From: a bacterium
GTDB lineage: Bacteria > Margulisbacteria > WOR-1 > O2-12-FULL-45-9 > XYB2-FULL-48-7
Assembly (NCBI GenBank): GCA_043812655.1
Contig: JBDRLW010000007.1
Coordinates: forward strand, 1 to 15,009
DNA: 15,009 nucleotides
Direction: 5' to 3'
Shown piece by piece: positions 8,733-15,009 of the stretch (position 1 is the first letter of the stretch; the number at the start of each line of letters is the position of its first letter). The notes beneath the pieces are model-generated. The model saw only the letters and a program-made list of their open reading frames with translations, had not been told where the DNA came from and searched no databases. The position numbers and the translations under genes are program-made.

Positions 8733-11161
8733 AGTTTATACATTATGAAATGATCAACAGTTGTATTTCCATCCTGTGGGCAAATTGTTGGATAAGTCAA
8801 CTCAATAGTTAAACGGTTCAATCTTGTTATTTCCCTTTGTTGGTAAGATAATAAATTGTCGCTCGGATAGCGACTAGTCTTTTTGGCTAGGTTCTTTAAT
8901 AACAGAATAGGCTGTAAGGTCTCGACCAGCGATTTGGCAGGTTTAGAGTTGTCTTTTCCAGTGCAGGCTATCTTGACCAGTTCTTCGAGCTTGTCGTATT
9001 TAATGATCAGCGACTCGTCTGCTGGATTTTTAAAAAAGAGGGCTAGAAAGCTCTGAGAATCATGGGGATTATCTTTGAGAATAGATTTGGGGATAATTCC
9101 CTGGCTAAGGTCTTTATTCGTTTTCTTGCGGGACCAGATAGTGAACCAGTCCGGTTTGACCAGTAAAGCATTTAACTGTTCAAGATTTTCAACCCGATTA
9201 ACACCATAATTGTCTTTATTGATGGCTTCAAGTAACCGATCGATCACGTTTTGGCTATAAAACTGACTTCGGTCAAAAATATAGGGGTCATAATAGACGC
9301 AATCGTAATTTTGATCCAGGAAATCTTTGGTTTCGGGTTGATAAAAAGGATTAGCGAATAAATTCCGGCCGCCAAGTTTATGAGTATAGAATCTAAACAG
9401 TAAGTTTTGGCGCCACCAAGCATCAAGATACTGGGTGTTGATGGCAAGATGAGTAATTCCCATCGCTTTTAATTTTTCAATCGCTGCCGGAGCGCTTTTA
9501 ACCTGCTCAAAATCCTCATAATAACGGCTAAGTTCGAGCGTCCCGGCGATAAAGTCTTGATTGAAGTAGTAGCCGCACGAGCTATTCGCGGAGAATATTT
9601 TAGCGTTCGGTGGTAAATGATCATTGGCAATAAGAGCTTGCTTGGCATTATTCCAGGGGTCATTTTTTGCCAAGTAAAAATTTGTTCCTTGCCGGCCTAG
9701 GATAACAGGCAGTTTAAAGTTAACAAAGGCGTTGCGCCTAACCCACAGATCGCAGGAGAAGGAGACGAGGATGATAAGCGAAAGAATGATTGCTGTTTTG
9801 CGGTTTAATTTTTCTAGAAAGTTAAAGTAGACAAAAGCGGTGATGCTTGAAAAGAGAACGATGACTGGAAGAAGGTATCTTGTCCCAAAACCGGTGAAAA
9901 AGAGAACATTAATATAAGCTAGAGAGATCAGAAGCAAAGTAATAATAATGCTTGTCAGTTTTTTTCTAACAAAAAATAGCATTGGGAACAGCGCCAGGAA
10001 ATATGGCGGCAATTGCCCTACCCAGTCGCCAAAAAACTTTTCGGCATGAAAAGTAATATCCCAAAACAAGCGGAGATATTGTAGGAAAGTCTTATCGTGA
10101 CCACCGATAAAGGTATATCTATGACCATTAAAGGAGGTCAAGAAGGGATAGATGGGATCACCGGTCCAGATAAAGGTTCTGAGTAGCCAGGGGAGGAAGA
10201 AGAGCAAGGCGAGTGAGGAAAAGGCGCAGGCGGGGAGAAAAGCATAGGTTAAGGAGGAGGCGTAGGTGGGTTTATTTTTTTTAGATAGTAACGCAATAAT
10301 GACGCCAACAAAAAAGATCGGGAAAAAGAAGATGCCGGTCAATTTGATGCTGGCGGTTAGGCCTAAAAAGATTGAAGCGAGCCAGAGCCACTTGTTATCG
10401 TCTTTATAATACCAATTGAAAAGAGAGAAAAGTATTAAAAGGGAAAAAAACGTAAAGGCAAGATCAATTTTTGGTGTGGTCGAGAGTAAATTAACCACCG
10501 GCTGGCAGTAAAAAAGGAGAGCGGCTAACGCACTAACCAGAGGATTCTGGCTAATATATTTATTGATAAAGACGATGATCAGATAGACAATGAAGATGCC
10601 CATAGCAAAACTAAGTAAGCTGGCTAACTCTGGTCTACCTAGGAGGAGGAAGGGGATGTAGGTTATTTCGACTGCCAACGGCCAATAAGACTGGAGGCTG
10701 TCAGGCATGGGGTAGAAAGAGTGATGCGCAATATATTTTTTAGGGGTGAAAAGATGGTAGGAGAGGGAATCATATTCGGTAACGGGAACAAGGGCGCTAA
10801 GGAGGTTGATAAGAACAAAACTTGTCAGGAGGAGTAAGAATAGGGCGAGTAAGACGGACCTTTTCCGGAAATGGGAGAAAAGGAAAGTAACGGAGCTAGC
10901 TAGATCGTGGCCAGCCGGAATAAATTCACTGGCTGAAAAGATAATGATTGCGACGAACAGAAAGAAGATAATCCAGCCATAGATAAAACCGAGACAGCCA
11001 AGGGCAAAGAGGAGGAGAGAACTCGCTCCTAGGCCAAGGGCGATAGAGAAGAGCGGTTTTTCTTCTGCAACGAGATCTTTAACTGTTAGGAAGCCTAAGA
11101 TCTTACGGCCAAAGGCAGCGTAGATCAAGAGGAAGCAAAACAGAATAGCATAATTGGTCAT
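8729..11161 (-). CDS. Polytopic membrane GT-C fold glycosyltransferase (ArnT/PMT-like), paralog B
   Basis: 810 aa, colinear with paralog A over the full length, same motifs (EYDSLSYHL, PKIDL, ASIKLTG, WTGDPIYPF). Its stop overlaps the paralog A start (ATGA). Confidence 0.7.
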   Translation of the reverse strand: MTNYAILFCFLLIYAAFGRKILGFLTVKDLVAEEKPLFSIALGLGASSLLLFALGCLGFIYGWIIFFLFVAIIIFSASEFIPAGHDLASSVTFLFSHFRKRSVLLALFLLLLTSFVLINLLSALVPVTEYDSLSYHLFTPKKYIAHHSFYPMPDSLQSYWPLAVEITYIPFLLLGRPELASLLSFAMGIFIVYLIIVFINKYISQNPLVSALAALLFYCQPVVNLLSTTPKIDLAFTFFSLLILFSLFNWYYKDDNKWLWLASIFLGLTASIKLTGIFFFPIFFVGVIIALLSKKNKPTYASSLTYAFLPACAFSSLALLFFLPWLLRTFIWTGDPIYPFLTSFNGHRYTFIGGHDKTFLQYLRLFWDITFHAEKFFGDWVGQLPPYFLALFPMLFFVRKKLTSIIITLLLISLAYINVLFFTGFGTRYLLPVIVLFSSITAFVYFNFLEKLNRKTAIILSLIILVSFSCDLWVRRNAFVNFKLPVILGRQGTNFYLAKNDPWNNAKQALIANDHLPPNAKIFSANSSCGYYFNQDFIAGTLELSRYYEDFEQVKSAPAAIEKLKAMGITHLAINTQYLDAWWRQNLLFRFYTHKLGGRNLFANPFYQPETKDFLDQNYDCVYYDPYIFDRSQFYSQNVIDRLLEAINKDNYGVNRVENLEQLNALLVKPDWFTIWSRKKTNKDLSQGIIPKSILKDNPHDSQSFLALFFKNPADESLIIKYDKLEELVKIACTGKDNSKPAKSLVETLQPILLLKNLAKKTSRYPSDNLLSYQQREITRLNRLTIELTYPTICPQDGNTTVDHFIMYKL

Positions 11162-11355
11162 AGAGATAGAAAATAATTACTCAAAATGTTTAAATAATTG
11201 TTGACAAGACTTAAAAAATTGTAGAGATAGTAGAACCATGTTGAACCATAGTATAAAAATAATATATGGAAAAACCAAAGTAACACAAGCAAATTGGTGA
11301 AAGATTGAACAATAAATCGCATATTCTTGCTATGTAGAAAAGTTCTTATTTTCAT
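11158..11355 (-). CDS. Small hydrophobic membrane protein (65 aa), function unknown
   Basis: Basic N-terminus followed by hydrophobic LLVLLWFFHILFLYY; ATGA overlap with the paralog B start; consensus promoter immediately upstream; fills the gap between larger genes. Confidence 0.65.
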   Translation of the reverse strand: MKIRTFLHSKNMRFIVQSFTNLLVLLWFFHILFLYYGSTWFYYLYNFLSLVNNYLNILSNYFLSL

Positions 11356-11358
11356 GGT

Positions 11359-11373
11359 AAAGTATTATACTTT
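11359..11373. promoter_or_regulatory. 7-1-7 inverted repeat over the -10 element; candidate + strand -10 or operator
   Basis: AAAGTAT-T-ATACTTT. It contains + strand -10-like hexamers TATTAT (11363-11368) and TATACT (11366-11371) in the 53-bp divergent gap. Confidence 0.45.
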
Positions 11374-11393
11374 TTATATGATGAAAGTGTCAA
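11364..11393 (-). promoter_or_regulatory. Sigma70-type promoter for the minus-strand cassette
   Basis: The minus strand reads TTGACA (11393-11388), an 18-nt spacer, TATAAT (11369-11364), then 8 nt to the ATG at 11355. Both hexamers are perfect consensus. Confidence 0.8.
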
Positions 11394-11408
11394 GAAAATA
11401 ACCTAAAA

Positions 11409-12788
11409 ATGGGGAAAAAAATAATTGTTATTGGCGGCGGCATAGCAGGCTTGGCAATGGCTTATGAATGCTTACTGCGCGGCGATGAGGTCTTGCTGGT
11501 TGAAAGGACGAATGAGGTTGGGGGCATATCCAGGAGTATTAAAGATAATGATTGTTTATTAGATATTGGCGCCCATATTATTAATTTAAAAGATAAAGAG
11601 GTTTTTGCCAAAGTCAATGAAATTGTGCCGCGGGAGCAAATGGTGAAAATTACCCGCAAATTAAAACTTTACATCAAGGGACGATTTATCGATTGGCCGC
11701 CAAGCAGTTTCTCTGCCCTCCAATTGCCAGTGGATTTTAGTTTAAGGATATTATTGGATCAGTTGTTCATGGGGAAGAAAACGGGACAGTCTTTTGGTAA
11801 TTTTAGGGATGAACTGATCGCGATCTATGGCTCGACCTTATATTACAATTTATTTGATCCTTTAACGAGGAAATTCCTAAAAGAAGATCCGGCAAGCATT
11901 CACGCTGATTGGGCCTTTTCCAGTCTCCGGACCGCGACAAAAATAGAAGATAGATCCTTTAAGGATTCTTATAATTTTCTGCCGGAAAAAACTGACGCGG
12001 AAGCCAAAAAAGACTTTAATTTAATTAAATTCCTGATCAATTCAGTCAATATAAACAAAGAGGCCGAAAAATTTTACTATTTCAAGAATGGATTTGGCAC
12101 ATTAACGGAGTGTTATAAGGAAAAGATCCTCGCGTTGGGGGGAAGAGTATTAACTAGTGCTCAGGTGGAAAAGTTTAGTCTCTCTGGCAATAGGATAAAA
12201 GAATGTGTTATTAATGGCGAGAATTATCAGGCTGACCAGGTTATTTGGACTGGTTATTTATTCGATCTCTGCCAGCTGTTAGAAATTAAGAAGCCTAACC
12301 TCGAATTCCTCCATTCTAAGATCGTCTATTTTTACCTTAAACAAAAAAGCCTTGATCATCAGTCGAGCTATTACATCGATCCAGATATTTCTTTTTCTCG
12401 GGCGACTTTATTCGCTAATTTTTCGCCGACGGTGATCCATAATAATAACGTTAAAGAAATTATCTGTTTTGAGCATTCGATCAGGAATAAAGAGGAACTA
12501 TCTGGGGAAAACGCAAGTCTGGTAAAACTTACGGCTAAAGACGCGATAAAGGCTGGTTTAATTGATGATGAGTCTGATATTGTTGGGAGTTACGTTATTA
12601 GTGTTATGAATACTTATCCCATCTTGAAATTGAATTATAAGCAAGAACTAGCCAAGACAATGGATAAGTTAAAAGACCCAGCTTTTGTTAACAACCTAGC
12701 GGTTTTTGGGCGGCAAGCAGAATTTTCTTATGATAATGTTGATACCAGTATTAAATCAGCGATCAATCATCCCTTATTTAAACAATAA
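11409..12788 (+). CDS. FAD-dependent oxidoreductase, second UGM-like flavoprotein
   Basis: GGGIAG, GGISRS..LDIGAHII, FYYFKNGFG, YYIDPDISFSRATLFANFSP, YPI, GRQAEFSYDNVD. Same family as 2984-4276 but strongly diverged. Confidence 0.68.
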   Translation: MGKKIIVIGGGIAGLAMAYECLLRGDEVLLVERTNEVGGISRSIKDNDCLLDIGAHIINLKDKEVFAKVNEIVPREQMVKITRKLKLYIKGRFIDWPPSSFSALQLPVDFSLRILLDQLFMGKKTGQSFGNFRDELIAIYGSTLYYNLFDPLTRKFLKEDPASIHADWAFSSLRTATKIEDRSFKDSYNFLPEKTDAEAKKDFNLIKFLINSVNINKEAEKFYYFKNGFGTLTECYKEKILALGGRVLTSAQVEKFSLSGNRIKECVINGENYQADQVIWTGYLFDLCQLLEIKKPNLEFLHSKIVYFYLKQKSLDHQSSYYIDPDISFSRATLFANFSPTVIHNNNVKEIICFEHSIRNKEELSGENASLVKLTAKDAIKAGLIDDESDIVGSYVISVMNTYPILKLNYKQELAKTMDKLKDPAFVNNLAVFGRQAEFSYDNVDTSIKSAINHPLFKQ

Positions 12789-12805
12789 AGCGAGAAAAAA
12801 CTTTA

Positions 12806-14395
12806 ATGAAAGATATGTTTAATCGGTCAGAATTCAAATTTATCCTAGGGCTAACAATGCTTTTTTTGGCCGTTGTTATTATAAGGACCGCCTGGATGTG
12901 TGACGATGCTTATACTTCTTTTCGGGTCATGGGTAATTTTTTGCAATGGGGCCGGTTAACCTTTAATCTTGATGAGCGAGTTTTTCCTGTGACCCATCCG
13001 CTCTGGTTCTTTTTGTTACTGATCCCGTATTATTTGACCCGAGACGCGTATTACACGACACTACTTATTTCATTTATTATTTCACTTCTGGCTGTTTATC
13101 TAGTAGTTTTCAAGATCGCTCGCTCAAACCTTGCGGGGTTAGTAGCGCTGGTTATCTTGATCTTTTCTAAAGCATTTATTGATTTTTCTACCTCCGGCTT
13201 GGAAAACCCATTAACATATTTGATTTTAGCTAGTTATTTTTGGCTCTATTTTACAAGAGAAAATTGTCGACAGAAGCTTTTTTACTTATCATTGTTGGCT
13301 GGGCTGGGGATGTTTAATAGACTTGATACCGGCTTATTCTATCTTCCAAGTTTATTTGATGTCTTTTGGCGTTTACGAAAAGACCACCCGTGGTTTCCTC
13401 TCCTGGCTGGGTTATTGCCAATAATTTTCTGGCTAATCTTTTCCACCTTTTATTTTGGTTTTCCTTTTCCCAATACCGCTTATGCCAAATTGCAAACTGG
13501 CATTTCGCAAACAGAGCTGTTTGCCCAAGGGGGGTATTATCTCCTTAATTCTTTAAGTTTAGACCCTCTAACCTTGACGATCATTGTTTTTGTGGTTGGC
13601 CTATCTTTTATGAAAGGAAATAGTTCGTTAACCCCCGCTAGTTATGGGGCGTTGCTCTATCTTTACTACATCTTATACATTGGCGGAGATTTTATGAGCG
13701 GCCGGTTCCTGGCCGCTGTTTTATTTACTTCAGTTATTATCTTAGTGCGAGCAAGTTTATTTGAGGCTTTGCAGATTTTTCTTTTGATTGCGGTAATTAT
13801 TCTGGGGCTTAGCGCTCCTTTTCCAACAGTGTTAAATAATGCCAATTATGGATTAAACCGTAATGACCTATTTGATAATAAGGGGATTGCTGATGAACGC
13901 GGTTTCTATTATCCTAAATTTGGTTTTTTAAACACGTTCAGGTCTGCCACGCCTAATTCTCTGGTTTGGAACGGTTGGAAAGAGCCAATTATGGATAAGG
14001 TTACTTCTGTCGAAGCTGGTGTTGATTTTCTTGGTTCCTTAGGGCTCCAAGCTAAACCTAATGTTCATCTTGTTGATATCTATGCGCTTGCCGATCCTTT
14101 GTTGGCGCGCCTGCCGGCAGCGCCCGATCCCAACTGGCGGATAGGCCATTTTATCCGGGTTATGCCAGAGGGGTATCTTGAAACCTTAAAGACGGGGAAA
14201 AATCAGATAAAAGATAAAAATATTGCTCTTTATTACGATAAATTGTCATTTATAACGCGGGGCAATTTATTCGATATAGATCGGCTGAAAGAAATTATTA
14301 AATTTAACCTGGGAAAATATAATTATCTGATCAATCTTCGGTATAACCACGAATTGTCTTTGAGTCCTGAGAGCAAAACGAATATTTCTAAATAG
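12806..14395 (+). CDS. GT-C membrane glycosyltransferase, arabinofuranosyltransferase AftB-like
   Basis: WMCDDAYTSFR, FNLDERV, STSGLENPL, FPNTAYAK, GGDFMSGRF, GIADERGFY, DIYALADPLLARLP, WRIGH, in the order I recall for actinobacterial AftB-family proteins; multiple TM segments. Confidence 0.72.
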   Translation: MKDMFNRSEFKFILGLTMLFLAVVIIRTAWMCDDAYTSFRVMGNFLQWGRLTFNLDERVFPVTHPLWFFLLLIPYYLTRDAYYTTLLISFIISLLAVYLVVFKIARSNLAGLVALVILIFSKAFIDFSTSGLENPLTYLILASYFWLYFTRENCRQKLFYLSLLAGLGMFNRLDTGLFYLPSLFDVFWRLRKDHPWFPLLAGLLPIIFWLIFSTFYFGFPFPNTAYAKLQTGISQTELFAQGGYYLLNSLSLDPLTLTIIVFVVGLSFMKGNSSLTPASYGALLYLYYILYIGGDFMSGRFLAAVLFTSVIILVRASLFEALQIFLLIAVIILGLSAPFPTVLNNANYGLNRNDLFDNKGIADERGFYYPKFGFLNTFRSATPNSLVWNGWKEPIMDKVTSVEAGVDFLGSLGLQAKPNVHLVDIYALADPLLARLPAAPDPNWRIGHFIRVMPEGYLETLKTGKNQIKDKNIALYYDKLSFITRGNLFDIDRLKEIIKFNLGKYNYLINLRYNHELSLSPESKTNISK

Positions 14396-14399
14396 TAAC

Positions 14400-15009
14400 A
14401 TGAAAGTACTTCTGGTCATGTCACCTATGTTCAGGCACGAAAATCATTATTTAGCCAGCACTGATAATGATGTCCCATTGGGTTTGTGCTATTTGGCCGC
14501 GGTATTGGAGCGAGCTGGGCTAGAGGTTACCATCCTTGACGGTCAAATTTCCAAAAACACGAAAGAAGAACTGACTCGGTTGATCGACAAAGAAAAATTT
14601 GATGTTATAGGTTTCAGCACTGTTACCCCGGCAGCCTTAAATACTGCTCGACTGGCTTCATTAGTGAAGCAAAAAAGGCCTAAAATTACAACGTTAATTG
14701 GCGGCGTACATCCAACGGTCACTGGAGAAACCGTGTTAAAGGAAATGCCAGCGATTGATATTGCTGTTTTTGGTGAGGGCGAAAGAACTATTGTTGAACT
14801 AGCGGAACATCTAAGAAATAATCGACCCCTCGACGATGTTTTTGGCCTAGCTTTTCGGAGGGGAGACCGGATCATTCGTACCGCAGCGCGCCCGTTAATT
14901 AAAAATTTGGACGAACTCCCTTTCCCTGCTTATCATCTAGTAAAGATCGAAAAATATTCCCCTCCACCAGGCTTGTTTTTTAAAAAACCGATTATCGGTA
15001 TGATCACGT
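14400..15009 (+). CDS. Cobalamin-binding-domain protein, probably a second B12 radical SAM enzyme, 3'-truncated
   Basis: Not in the ORF track because it has no stop in the window. Manual translation from ATG 14400: MKVLLVMSPMFRHENHYLASTDNDVPLGLCYLAAVLERAG...IGGVHPT...GEGERT...NLDELPFPAYHL...IGMIT. It ends just before the expected SRGCxxxCxxC. Confidence 0.85.
   Translation, partial: MKVLLVMSPMFRHENHYLASTDNDVPLGLCYLAAVLERAGLEVTILDGQISKNTKEELTRLIDKEKFDVIGFSTVTPAALNTARLASLVKQKRPKITTLIGGVHPTVTGETVLKEMPAIDIAVFGEGERTIVELAEHLRNNRPLDDVFGLAFRRGDRIIRTAARPLIKNLDELPFPAYHLVKIEKYSPPPGLFFKKPIIGMIT

Larger units (their letters stand above)
6324..11161 (-). repeat. Tandem gene duplication (~2.4 kb unit)
   Basis: 8041-8210 matches 10470-10639 at 168/170 nt and 7882-7961 matches 10311-10390 at 79/80 nt (hand aligned, offset 2429). 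Both proteins start MTNY and end YKL. Confidence 0.95.

Noticed and set aside
6505..9663. Short ORFs inside the GT-C genes, including the charged peptide at 8478-8669
   Set aside because: By-products of Phe/Leu/Ser-rich codons on the coding strand, which also explain the strong + strand purine skew there.
7882..10639. Near-identical repeats as a diversity-generating retroelement TR/VR pair
   Set aside because: No reverse transcriptase in the window, very few mismatches, and both copies lie inside full-length paralogous genes.
11201..11230. + strand TTGACA as a -35 element for the gene at 11409
   Set aside because: No convincing -10 hexamer at 16-18 nt spacing, and it lies within the small ORF.
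11158..11355. Naming the small ORF dltX
   Set aside because: The resemblance is weak, there is no C-terminal FIYxxF-type motif, and no MBOAT or dlt genes are in the window.
11462..14875. ORFs 11462-11659, 13366-13548 and 14543-14875
   Set aside because: Nested in real genes; 14543-14875 is antisense to the truncated B12-binding gene.

Overview
This window is the interior of a bacterial surface-glycan/glycosylation gene cluster, with genes truncated at both edges. A tightly coupled + strand operon encodes an NDP-sugar epimerase (5'-truncated), three GDP-D-glycero-alpha-D-manno-heptose pathway-like enzymes (HddC-, HddA-, GmhA-like), a flavoprotein resembling UDP-galactopyranose mutase (UGM), a short GT2 polyprenol-phosphate glycosyltransferase and a cobalamin-binding radical SAM enzyme. 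An opposite-strand cassette follows: a 65-aa membrane peptide plus two tandem ~800-aa paralogous GT-C (ArnT/PMT-like) membrane proteins, behind a perfect-consensus sigma70 promoter (TTGACA-N18-TATAAT). Divergent from it are a second UGM-like flavoprotein, an AftB-like GT-C and a second B12-radical-SAM-type gene that runs off the window and is missing from the ORF track. The most interesting hypothesis is an uncharacterised pathway that makes a lipid-linked, possibly furanose-form and radical-SAM-modified, heptose donor used by several extracytoplasmic GT-C enzymes. All family calls come from motif recognition by eye. I saw no RNA genes, CRISPR arrays or mobile elements.
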